64,000 nt of DNA. Origin: an uncultured Chloroflexia bacterium. Its GTDB lineage: Bacteria > Chloroflexota > Anaerolineae > JAAYZQ01. The notes below the pieces were generated by a model. It had not been told where the DNA came from, searched no databases, and worked only from the letters and a program-made list of their open reading frames with translations. Below are positions 19,977 to 29,252 of this stretch, piece after piece. Where the stretch lies: the NCBI GenBank assembly GCA_963700285.1, contig CAVOXA010000001.1, forward strand, positions 384,001 to 448,000, in the 5' to 3' direction. The number at the start of each line of letters is the position of its first letter. The stretch's first letter is position 1. Both the position numbers and the translations under genes were made by a program.

Positions 19977-21530
19977 TCACTCTCCTGCCAATGCCAGTAG
20001 CGCTTCTTCTACGTACCTATCCAGAGGTACGCACGAATCGGCAATGATCGCCGATCTGAGGATCTCGTCTTCGGGCGCCCGTCCTTCCTGGTCAATGCAG
20101 CCAGCGAAGGACTCGCGCGCGTGTTCGTATGCCGTCCGGCTGCCCGCCACATCCCCCCGCTTGCGCTGTATCTCGGCCTGTTGGGTGTAGGCTGCGCCCA
20201 ATGCCTGGTAGGCTTGGGCCAATATCCGGTATTGCTCTGCTTCGGCCAGGGGGTCCAGGACAGGGACGATCTCGCTGATGGCCAGGTCAAAGAACTGGTT
20301 GGCTTGTACGTCTTCTTGGAGCCAGAAAAAGGTCTCGCCCTGCAGGCGGTAGGCGCTGGCCAGTGCAAGACGGGCTATGATCTCAATGAGTGGCTCGTGG
20401 GATAGCTGGGCCAACTCCAGCCCCCTCTGATAGCTGGCGATTACCGCATCCATGCGCCCGCTTAACGCTTGCACCTCCTCCACCCGGAGGGGACTCTGGG
20501 GAGCGTGCAGCAGCTTCTCGATCCTGCGGAATTCCACCCCGGCCAAAACGATCTGAGCCCGGGCATAGTTAGGATCGATCTCCAGTGCTTTCTCCAGGGC
20601 CTCTTCGGCTTCATCAGGACGGTCCAGGAACAGTGCAGATCGCCCGATCCAGAAAAAGAGGATCTCTTTGCCCTCTCCTTGTTCCCTCCAGTTTGGCAAA
20701 CCTGTCTCCGCTTGCCGAAAGATGGACAGTGCGCTCTCTGACCGTCCCAGAAGATCTTCTCGGAGCCCCAGGAGCAACTGGAACAGAGCGCTGGCGCGCG
20801 TTGCCACCTGGCTGCCCAGCGCCTCCTTGGCCAGCGTATCGGCGCTATTGAAGTGCGCTGGGATCCGGACCGGATCGCCCAATTGGTAGCGGCCGATGGT
20901 CACGTTGGCCTCGCCCCGGACGCGGGGTCTCACATAGAACTCTAGCACCAATTCCGCCGGGCTCTGAGGGGGAGTCAGATGGCCATAGATGACGACGTCC
21001 GCGTCGATCTCACTGGCCAGTTCGCTGGCTGCTTCAGCCCTGGCCTCCGGCGTCTTGCCAGACATCATGCCCAGCTTCACGCGCTTTTCCAGCAACGACA
21101 TGCTGTCGTGCCAGATCTCCACGCCGCTCTCCGCCCGCTGGTCGTTGGCCGCCGTCAGCTCATCATAGATCCATTTGCTGAAAAGTTCGCCATCTTCTGA
21201 GCGACGCATCTGACCATCTGCGCCTATTTCTCCGATCTCGGTCACGGCCACGTTAAAGCGGGCGTCCATCCTGGCAGGTCCAGCAAAGTTTAGGGCAACA
21301 AAGACCAGGGCACCAACCACCACGGCCAGCAAGCCCAACAGCGGTACCGTTGGGATCTTTAGGGTGCCGATCTTGATGATGTTCTTGCCGATGACAACGT
21401 CCCGGGCCCCCTCGCCGACGTAGGCCGCGATCACATCCCGGCGTTTGTCGCGTTGAAGAATATCTCCCAGGGTCCGCCGCAGCCAGCCCTGCCCCTTGAC
21501 CTTGTCAGAGCCCGATGCATCGTCGCTCAT
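19977..21530 (-). CDS. Single-pass membrane TPR protein with N-terminal amyloid-like motif
   Basis: Basic N-tail, motif at aa 32-51, TM about aa 61-82, alpha/beta domain (FNVAV..IDADVVIYG), TPRs (EAEEALEKALEIDPNYARA). Confidence 0.8.
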   Translation of the reverse strand: MSDDASGSDKVKGQGWLRRTLGDILQRDKRRDVIAAYVGEGARDVVIGKNIIKIGTLKIPTVPLLGLLAVVVGALVFVALNFAGPARMDARFNVAVTEIGEIGADGQMRRSEDGELFSKWIYDELTAANDQRAESGVEIWHDSMSLLEKRVKLGMMSGKTPEARAEAASELASEIDADVVIYGHLTPPQSPAELVLEFYVRPRVRGEANVTIGRYQLGDPVRIPAHFNSADTLAKEALGSQVATRASALFQLLLGLREDLLGRSESALSIFRQAETGLPNWREQGEGKEILFFWIGRSALFLDRPDEAEEALEKALEIDPNYARAQIVLAGVEFRRIEKLLHAPQSPLRVEEVQALSGRMDAVIASYQRGLELAQLSHEPLIEIIARLALASAYRLQGETFFWLQEDVQANQFFDLAISEIVPVLDPLAEAEQYRILAQAYQALGAAYTQQAEIQRKRGDVAGSRTAYEHARESFAGCIDQEGRAPEDEILRSAIIADSCVPLDRYVEEALLALAGE

Positions 21531-21593
21531 GGTACCAGCCGGCTCGTTTGGCCAGCAAGGAGTCTGTTCATTCTCCGCCCTGTTGCCATGGAC

Positions 21594-23219
21594 CTATCCT
21601 CTTGCTCCAAAGCGATTCTTTGCCCACTCCACTGCTTCGTCTCCGGCCTCTCCCATCGCTCTGCCTACGGCCGGAGCGGCGAATAGCCGCCGGATGGCCT
21701 CGGTGAGTTGGGGCACGTTGTCAAGAAGCCAGTCACCCACCTGTACGATGGTATTGGCGCTGGGCTTGCTGCCGTCTCCCGCTTTGACCAGTTCTCCCCG
21801 CAGCAGCTTTAACTGGAACTCGGCCATCATGGTCACCTGGGGATCAAGCTCCGTTCCGAGCCGCCGAAAGGAGGCTTCTGTTTGGGCAAACTGTTTTTCG
21901 ATACTCTGGCCATCGTCGGCGCTGGGCTTGCCCAGAATGATGGTGATCTCCTTGCCAATTGTCGTCTGCTGGGCGCCTGCTCCCGCAAAACCAATGATCA
22001 CATCCCCTGCGCTCTGGACCGAGATGCCCTCCCACCAGGGCTGCTCTCTTTCGTCTGCCACCTGATTCTCCTCCCTGGCTGCCATTTGCCATAGGATGCC
22101 ATCTGTGGAGCGCATGAACAGCACAGGCGTTCCCCACTCGTGTTCGTTCCCCTGCCGGTAGATGGCTTTGCGCGCTTCCGCCAGGGCGGCGTCGACCGGA
22201 TAACCATCTGCCAGAGCCAGGTAAAACTCGTGGGCCAGGATCTTGGCAGCGCCGTCCGTGATCGGAGACTGCATGGCAACCACCGCGGGGATCCCCTTTT
22301 GCACCAGCGTCTGTGCTGTTCCAGCGAATGGACCGCTATGGGAACCGCGTGCTCCTTCACAAGCGTTCAGGACGGCCAGCCGCAGTGAGGGCTCGTCGTG
22401 CAGCAGGGTTCCCAGCACCTGGCTGCTGACCAGATGACTGGCCCCGGCGCCATCCTCCAGGACGAGCAGACCATCCTGGGTCTGCTCGTCAAAGGCGCCG
22501 TGGCCCATAAAGTGAAAAATGTGGTACTTGCCCTGGCGCAACTGCTTCTGTAGTTCAGCCAGTGTCGCTGTGTCCAGCCGGTGCAACAGGACCTGCCCTT
22601 GGGCTTTCAGGTCCGCCAGGGCTTTGTTGAGTTTGGCCCACTCCTCTTCAACGTCCAGCGGAGGCTGATCTTTGGGCGCCGAGATCATGACCAGCACGTG
22701 GAGCGGCGGCTCTGTGGCCATTGGCTCCTGGCGCTGGAGTACATCCAGGTAGCGCACGACCGGGCTTTGAGTGGACAAGCTCAGGAATTGGTTGTGAGCG
22801 GGATCGTAGAAAAGTTCCCAGGGCAGCTTGGCCAGCTCTGGTACGTCCGTCAGCAGCAAACGGATGCGCAATCCATCCGCGCCCTGCCGGGCAGTCTCAT
22901 CCTGGCTTCTTCGCAGAAAGCTCAGGACCTCGCCATGGAACACGGCCTCAAAAAGGTACTTCCCCAAGGCACGGGGATCCAGGGGGATGGCCGGCTGGGG
23001 AGCAGGCACGGGCGTTGCTGGGACCAGTCTTCTGTGATCAGATACCGGCTGTCGTGGTTCCGACCCTGAGGCTCGAAGCACCTTCTGTTCGGAAAGAGAA
23101 ATGCGGCTGCTTGCTCCACCCTGTACCGGCGAGTCGATGACGAGCGAGCGGTAACTACCCTCCCAGGGCTCGATGCGAAGGTCAAAGTTCAGATAAATTG
23201 GCGGCTCTGTAGACAGCAT
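21594..23219 (-). CDS. CHAT (caspase-like) protease with C-terminal motif and helical domain
   Basis: LPWELF, HIFHFMGHG (His), LAVLNACEG (Cys), VVAMQ, EWGTPVLF. Confidence 0.9.
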   Translation of the reverse strand: MLSTEPPIYLNFDLRIEPWEGSYRSLVIDSPVQGGASSRISLSEQKVLRASGSEPRQPVSDHRRLVPATPVPAPQPAIPLDPRALGKYLFEAVFHGEVLSFLRRSQDETARQGADGLRIRLLLTDVPELAKLPWELFYDPAHNQFLSLSTQSPVVRYLDVLQRQEPMATEPPLHVLVMISAPKDQPPLDVEEEWAKLNKALADLKAQGQVLLHRLDTATLAELQKQLRQGKYHIFHFMGHGAFDEQTQDGLLVLEDGAGASHLVSSQVLGTLLHDEPSLRLAVLNACEGARGSHSGPFAGTAQTLVQKGIPAVVAMQSPITDGAAKILAHEFYLALADGYPVDAALAEARKAIYRQGNEHEWGTPVLFMRSTDGILWQMAAREENQVADEREQPWWEGISVQSAGDVIIGFAGAGAQQTTIGKEITIILGKPSADDGQSIEKQFAQTEASFRRLGTELDPQVTMMAEFQLKLLRGELVKAGDGSKPSANTIVQVGDWLLDNVPQLTEAIRRLFAAPAVGRAMGEAGDEAVEWAKNRFGARG

Positions 23220-23322
23220 GCTTGCTCCCTTGGTCAGCAGATCGGTGGGGTGGGCCCCTGCCTCCAGGGCGTGGCTGCGATTCAGGACGATGATTCTATG
23301 GCCTGCCCCGATTTACGCCAAC

Positions 23323-23351
23323 ATCATACATTAATATGGGCTATTTGTCAA
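23323..23351 (-). promoter_or_regulatory. sigma70 promoter for the CHAT-TPR-lipoprotein operon
   Basis: Minus strand TTGACA-17 nt-TATGAT in an AT-rich patch. Confidence 0.7.
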
Positions 23352-23431
23352 ATTAAAATGATATTAAATCGAAAACTGATGGCTGGGGCACTGGGGGACA
23401 ACGGGAACGGATTCAGCTAGGAAGGGAAGAG

Positions 23432-24352
23432 CTATGGTAATCCTGAACCAAGGACCGGCGCCGAGATCCGGCCCAACGCCGTAGGTAGGTTGGCCAGGTC
23501 ATCCAGGACTTGACCCAGGGGATGCCGCGCCACGACACGGGCGCACCAGTCTGGGGTGTAAGGTGTCCGTAGTAGGAAGAAGGGGATGCCCATCATCAGG
23601 GGCATCGCCCCCGGCAGGGAAAAGGTATCGGCGACCACCGCCAACTGCGGCCGGCCGGAATCGTCGTCAGCCGCTGCCTGGACCAGGGCCCGATAGTAGG
23701 CCGGACGGCGCAGGTCCACGGCGTGCACCTCGTCCACCGGCCAGACCTGGATCTCGCCCAGTTCCGGATGACGGAAGCGGTGCGGCCAATTGGGGGCCAT
23801 TTCGTACTGGCGCGTGTCGCCCAGCACGGCCACCTCCTCTGCCAGCCCCAGCGTATCCAGGTGTCGGCGCACCTTGTCGCCCAGCGAGTTGGTGAGGACG
23901 ACCGGTGTGCGGCGGGGATCTCTGCTCAATGCGGCCAGCACCTGCCGCGCGGCCGGCCGGAAGCGCGGCGCGAGTTCCGCCGTGTGTCGGTGAAAGAGAT
24001 AGTTGGTGCAATCCACCACGGGGTCGTACTCGGCCTGCGGGTAAGCCGCGGCGACGGCCCGGGCATAGGCCCGGTTCTCACGCAGCAGGGTCTGCAGCGT
24101 CGTCGTATTGAGGATAAAGGCGCCCTCGTCGCAGTAGGAGGCCACCAGGCCGTTGACCTCCCAGAAGTAGCGCTGCGGCGCGCGTAGCAGGCGCTCCTGC
24201 GTCGCCTGGTACTCGTCAGCCAGGGCCCCTCGTGGTACCCGGAGGAACTCGTCCGCCAGTGTATCCAGCGACCTGGTCGCCAGTTCCGCGACCTGCGTCT
24301 CCTCGGCGGTCAGCGTGCCGTCGAAATCGATGATGACTTTGAGGTGGGCCAT
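23432..24352 (-). CDS. Divergent HAD-superfamily protein
   Basis: MAHLKVIIDFDGTLT (motif I), VVLTNS (motif II), atypical VVADTFS; ATG 4 nt after the upstream stop at 24357. Confidence 0.7.
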   Translation of the reverse strand: MAHLKVIIDFDGTLTAEETQVAELATRSLDTLADEFLRVPRGALADEYQATQERLLRAPQRYFWEVNGLVASYCDEGAFILNTTTLQTLLRENRAYARAVAAAYPQAEYDPVVDCTNYLFHRHTAELAPRFRPAARQVLAALSRDPRRTPVVLTNSLGDKVRRHLDTLGLAEEVAVLGDTRQYEMAPNWPHRFRHPELGEIQVWPVDEVHAVDLRRPAYYRALVQAAADDDSGRPQLAVVADTFSLPGAMPLMMGIPFFLLRTPYTPDWCARVVARHPLGQVLDDLANLPTALGRISAPVLGSGLP

Positions 24353-24356
24353 GGCG

Positions 24357-26913
24357 CTACGCGGACGTCTCCTCGGCCAACCGGGCGCGCACCTGGACCA
24401 GGACCTCGCCCCACGGTTCTGCCAGTGGATGTCTGATTTCCCGCACAAAGGCAACAGCCTGCTCGAGGAGGGGCAGCGCTTCAGCGAAAGCTCCCTGTTG
24501 GGCCAGCCAGGTGCCGAGGGCCCAGTTGATGTTTGTCTGGCCCACGCGGTCGCCCACTTGCTGGTAGAGCGTCAGGGAGGCACCATACGTTTCGAGCGCT
24601 TCCTGTACCTCTCCCTGCGCCAGGTAGAGACTCCCCAGGGCCTGCAGGGTGTTGGCCTCGCCCAGGCGGTCGCCGACGGCGCGGAAGAGTTGGAGGGCCT
24701 GTTGGTAGCTGTCCAGGGCGTCGTCGTTCGTCGCGGAACTGCTGGACGTCGCCGATGGCCTGCAGGGTGTTGGCCTCGCCCAGGCGGTCGCCGACGGCGC
24801 GGAAGAGTTGGAGGGCCTGTTGGTAGCTGTCCAGGGCGTCGTCGCGTTCGTCGCGGAACTGCTGGACGTCGCCGATGGCCTTCAGGGTGTTGGCCTCAGC
24901 CCCGGCGTCTCCAGCGCGCCGGGCGGCGGCGGACGCGCGCCGCAGGCGGTCCACGCCCTCCTCGGGCCAATCGAGGAGCATGTACAGGTTGTGCAGGGAG
25001 CCCACCAGCCGGGCGGCCTGGGCGGCGCTTTCGCCTTCCTGGGTTAGCCCCCAATCGGCGAAGGCGTGCAGGTTGGGCAGCTCGGTCAGCGCCATGGCCA
25101 GGCTAAATCCCGACGCATGGCTCAGCGGTATCTCACCCAGTTTTTCTATCACCTGCGCATAGTGGGCAACAGCAGCGGGCCCGTAACATTCCCAGGCATC
25201 GGCCGGCAGGCGGCGCTCGGCGTAGGCCCGGGCCGGGCCAGGCAGGCGCACCCGGCTGTCTCCCGCTGCCTCCACTAGGCTGGCCGCCCGGAGCCGGGCC
25301 ACCAGGGACACCGCCGCTGGCCCCAGAACCGCGCGGACCGCTGCCTCGTCTGCCCCGCCGGGAAAGAGGGCCAGCAGGGCAAAAACCTCCGCCGCCTCCG
25401 GGTCGGTCTTTGCCAGATGACTATGCGATAGGGAGAGGGAAACGTCGACGCTGTCCAGCTTGTCGCGCGCCTCGGGCGGCAGGCCGGGCTCGGCCAAAAG
25501 CTGCTCCCTTTCCGCTTCCAGGCGCCGACGCAGCTCGGCCAGAGAATAGCCGGCCAGCAGGGGCGCGGCCAGTACCAGGGCCAACGGCCAGCCGTCGAGG
25601 AAGTTGAGCACCGCAACCAGGTCGTCCTGCTCCCCCCCAAGGTCCCATCCCGCCAGATCAGCCTCCCGCAGAAAGAGCAGGCGGGACTCGTCGGGGGCCA
25701 GGCGGCCGAGGTCTTGGTACCTGGCCGGCGGGCGACGGCCCAGGCGCTCGCGGCTGGTCAAGAGCAGGTGGCAGCCCCTGGACCCACTCAGCGCGGAACC
25801 GCCGGCCTGGCACAGGGCGCTGAGCAGATCGCGCAAGCTCCGCTGGCTGTGGCGCGCGGCCTGGTCCAGATCATCCACGATGAGCAATCGCTCGCCGCTG
25901 GCCAGGGCCGCAGCCAGGTCGACATTGGAGGCCGCCGCCTTGGGATGGAGCCCGGCCGCCTCGGCCATCCGGGCCCGGACCAGGCTCAGGTCGGAAACAC
26001 CACGCAGATCGACCCAGCCGATGCCCGCCGGATAGTTGCCCCGGGCAGCCAGCCACCGGCCGGCCTCGCGGGCCAGCTCTGTCTTGCCCATGCCGCCCAT
26101 CCCCATCAGTACCGTCAGGCGGTTTCCCAGCACGTTGCCCACCAGCTTGTGCAGTTCCCGCTGGCGGCCGGTAAAGGTCTCCGGCCGGACGCCTAGAAGG
26201 TGGGGCGATGGGGGTGGAATGCAGCGGGCCACGTCTCCGGCCGGCAAGCCCGGCGGAAAGAGGGGGGCGCTGTGCTTGCCCCCGTCCTCGGGCGCGGGCA
26301 GCAGGCGGAACTTGAGCGCTTCCCGCCCGGCCAGGCCCGCGCGGGCCAGGTCAGGCTGGGTGCGAACGGCGGTCTGGCCCAGGCCAAAGGCGGCGGCCAC
26401 GCTCTGGCCAGCCAGCAGCGCGGCATAGAAGGCGCGGGCAAAGGCTGCTGCCGCCAGATCGACTACCGGCTCGTCCTCGTCCACAGCCACCACGTGGGGC
26501 ACGCCCGCGGCCAGCAACGCCGCGGCCAATCCCGCCGAATGGCAGGCGCTGAGAAAGGCCAGCTCAAAGGCCAGTTCTCCACCAGGACAGACCAACGCCG
26601 CCAGTTGGCCGCCCGGCAGGGGGTGCAGGCCGCCGCGCCCGTCCTCAAAAGCCAGGGCCTCCGGGTGGCCGTGGCCCGTATAGTGTAGGACGCTGTAGCG
26701 GCGGTGCAGCAGCGCGCGCTGCAGCCGGTCCGTCTCGGCCCACTCGACATAGAGGTCGACGGCCCGGCCTGGCTCGCGCAGCCAGCGCTCCAGGCCGTCC
26801 AGCTCGCCGGCCACATCCAAAAGGTCCACTGGCCTGCCCTGCAAGTCCACCAGTGGCGCGGAAACCAGGGCCAGGATGGCCGGGGGAATGGCTGCCGGGG
26901 GGGGCATGGTCAT
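24357..26913 (-). CDS. CHAT-NB-ARC(STAND)-TPR NLR-like protease, with a 2-bp frameshift near 24726
   Basis: VLHYTGHG and FLSACHS dyad; FTGRQREL, GMGGMGKT, LLIVDDLD, DGWPLAL; TPRs continue in another frame (..GDRVGQTNINWALG..EETSA*) to 24357. Confidence 0.85.
24639..24897. repeat. Near-perfect 120-bp tandem repeat (40-aa TPR units), about 2.2 copies
   Basis: Units start at 24639 (118 bp), 24757 (120 bp) and 24877 (partial); the two full copies differ only by a missing CG. Confidence 0.92.
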
Positions 26914-27716
26914 GTTTCTACAGCCTCCAATCGGTGCTGCACCTCCCGCGCCCGGGATTCCAGGTTGTCATCGGCCAGGCCACCGAGGAGGGGCAGGGCC
27001 TCTGCCAGCCGTTGCCTGGCGGCCTGGGGCCGGTAGGTCGCCTGGTACAGCGCCGCCAGTTCCACCAGCAGGTCGGCTCGGGCGCGTTGCTCCATACGGC
27101 CATCGCCCAGGCTGCGATAGTCGGCCAACAGGCTCTCCAGCACGCGGATCTGCTCTTCGGCCTGGGTCCGGGCTGGCGCCTCGACCGGGCCGGCGCCGTA
27201 GGCCCACTGCGGCGAAAAATCAAAGCTTCCGCTGCGCCAGGCCCAAAAGTCCGGCGCGCCCTGGGCCAGGCGGATCAGGGCGGCGTTGGACAGCCAGAAG
27301 ACCAGGGCACAGGGCAGATCTCGATAGTTTTCCCGGGCCAAGTTGAGTTGGCTCAACAGGGGGGGCTGGTTCACACCGGGTGACAGGACCTCTTCCAGAC
27401 CGCAGACGTGGATACAGGCCGGCCTCTTGCCAGCCTCCGCAATCCGGCAGACGGTTTTTAGGCCGGCCAGCAGGCCCGCCGCCGGCGGCACGACCTCCAA
27501 CCGCCGTGACCGGTAGCCCTGCCGGGCCAGCCGCTCCTCCATGAGGGCGATCAGGTCATCGCGCAGGGCTGGCTGGTCGCAGCAGGCGAAAAAGAGGGCA
27601 AACCCCTGGGCCAGCTCGATGGCCCGCTGCAGGTGCCCCATCGTTTCCAGGTTCTCAGCGCTCGGGGCTCCTGCAGCCTCAATCGGCGTCCGGGAGTCCG
27701 AGATTGCTTCGTTCAT
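26910..27716 (-). CDS. Degenerate P-loop/STAND-like domain with short TPR, partner of the upstream ATPase
   Basis: FALFFACCD (no Walker A Lys), IHVCGLEE, LNLARENY..LVFWL..APDFWAWRSG; C-terminal TPR-like helices; overlaps both neighbours. Confidence 0.65.
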   Translation of the reverse strand: MNEAISDSRTPIEAAGAPSAENLETMGHLQRAIELAQGFALFFACCDQPALRDDLIALMEERLARQGYRSRRLEVVPPAAGLLAGLKTVCRIAEAGKRPACIHVCGLEEVLSPGVNQPPLLSQLNLARENYRDLPCALVFWLSNAALIRLAQGAPDFWAWRSGSFDFSPQWAYGAGPVEAPARTQAEEQIRVLESLLADYRSLGDGRMEQRARADLLVELAALYQATYRPQAARQRLAEALPLLGGLADDNLESRAREVQHRLEAVET

Positions 27717-29046
27717 CTTGCAGAGCCCTCTGGAACTTGGGTAGTTTGGTCACGGCCGGGTGGACGTCGTGCCAGGGCGGCGCACCGTTGACGTACTCTA
27801 GCACGCTCAGGTTATAGAGCATGAGCTGGTGGGCCTCGTCGTTCTGCACTGTTTTGAGCAGGTGCACCCTGGCCAACAGCGGGAAATGGCCCTCCGGGAC
27901 CATCCGGCTGTACTCGGCCACCAGCCGGGACTCGGCCCGCTGGACCACTCCCAGCGTGATGGGCCGCGGCCAGACGTCGCGCGGGGCGTAGGTGCAGGCA
28001 TAGCGGACCAGCAGCATCAGGTCCCGCGGGTGCCCTCCGCTGGCGCGGCAGAGGTCCTCCGCCGCCCCGGAATCGAAAAGCTTGCGCAGATCCATGCGCG
28101 AGGCCAGGATCTCCCGCAGATATCCCAGCCCCGGCGGGTACTCGCTGCCGTCCCGGTTTCTGACTTTGAGCATGGGCAGCACCTGGTAGTCGGGAAAGAT
28201 GGAGGTGACCGCCGTGGCCCGATCGGAGTACATGACCGAGATGGGTACCGTATAGACCAGGTGGCAGTGCAGGGCGCGCAATTGCTCGCCATGTTCTACG
28301 TACAGGGCGTGGTGGGTCGTGCGGCCATCGCCCAGGTCGCGGAACACGATGCGGTCCAGGTTGTCCACGAGCAGGACCAGGCCCCGTTGGCCCGCCTTGC
28401 GGATGCGGGCGTGGGCGGCGTCCAGCAGGTGGTTGAGGTTGGCGATGAGCTGCGAGATCTGGGGGTCCAACTTGCGGCGGATCTCGGTTTTGACGGCCCG
28501 GCCCGTCTTGATCTGGCCCGACACGCGGGCCATGAGGCGGGCGACGAGGGGCATCGACTCTGGCAGGCCGATGCCCAGTTGCGCCTCGGCCTCCAGCTCG
28601 CGGCCGATCTCGCGCCGCTGCTCCTCGCTGTAAAGCGTCTCGGCGAACCAGTCGGCCACGCTCTGGAGCAGGTCCTCGGGCAGACGGATGCCCTGGCCCT
28701 GCAGGTCGCCCGTGACCCGCCGGGCGATGCTCAGCAGCAGGTCGGTGTATTCCAGGTCGTTCAGGTCGAGGTCGTCGTCGGCCTGGAAGTAGAGGACGAC
28801 AAAGCCGGCCTCCACCAGCCGGGCCTGCAGGCGCAGCAACTCGGTGGACTTGCCCGAGCCCCGGTGCCCGGTAAAGAGTTGGGCCACGTGCACGTCGGAC
28901 CAGGTAATGGCGTTGAACATCTGGGACACCACGTCCTCGTCGCCGCGCACCGGGGTGCAATCGACGTAGCGCGGATCGCCGGGTGGGAGGGGCTGCACCG
29001 GATTCGACAGGTTGTAGGCATCGGTAATCGTGTGGGCTATTTTCAT
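27679..29046 (-). CDS. STAND/KAP-like P-loop ATPase
   Basis: Walker A FTGHRGSGKSTE, Walker B LLVDNLDR, SGGHPRDL, WHDVHP; RBS GAGGAGG. Confidence 0.85.
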   Translation of the reverse strand: MKIAHTITDAYNLSNPVQPLPPGDPRYVDCTPVRGDEDVVSQMFNAITWSDVHVAQLFTGHRGSGKSTELLRLQARLVEAGFVVLYFQADDDLDLNDLEYTDLLLSIARRVTGDLQGQGIRLPEDLLQSVADWFAETLYSEEQRREIGRELEAEAQLGIGLPESMPLVARLMARVSGQIKTGRAVKTEIRRKLDPQISQLIANLNHLLDAAHARIRKAGQRGLVLLVDNLDRIVFRDLGDGRTTHHALYVEHGEQLRALHCHLVYTVPISVMYSDRATAVTSIFPDYQVLPMLKVRNRDGSEYPPGLGYLREILASRMDLRKLFDSGAAEDLCRASGGHPRDLMLLVRYACTYAPRDVWPRPITLGVVQRAESRLVAEYSRMVPEGHFPLLARVHLLKTVQNDEAHQLMLYNLSVLEYVNGAPPWHDVHPAVTKLPKFQRALQDERSNLGLPDAD

Positions 29047-29252
29047 CAGGGCACCTCCTCAGCTCAGCCAGCTCGGTGGACGCCAGGCAGGCCCATTGTA
29101 CCACATCGTCATGGCTCTGGCAACCCTACCGGTTCGACCCTCCGGGCAATTGCATGTGACTGGAGACAGGCTCCCTATCGCTCATGCCCCCGTTCCGGGG
29201 GAGGTCTTTCTACCCGATGCGGCTTCTCGACTACAGATCCGCCCAAATCATC

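Noticed and set aside
24639-24897. CRISPR array or DGR template/variable repeat
   Set aside because: The repeats are contiguous 120-bp coding units with no spacers, no adenine-specific mismatches and no reverse transcriptase nearby.
23400-29250. Integrative element boundaries around the GC-rich cassette
   Set aside because: No integrase, transposase, tRNA or flanking direct repeats were seen.
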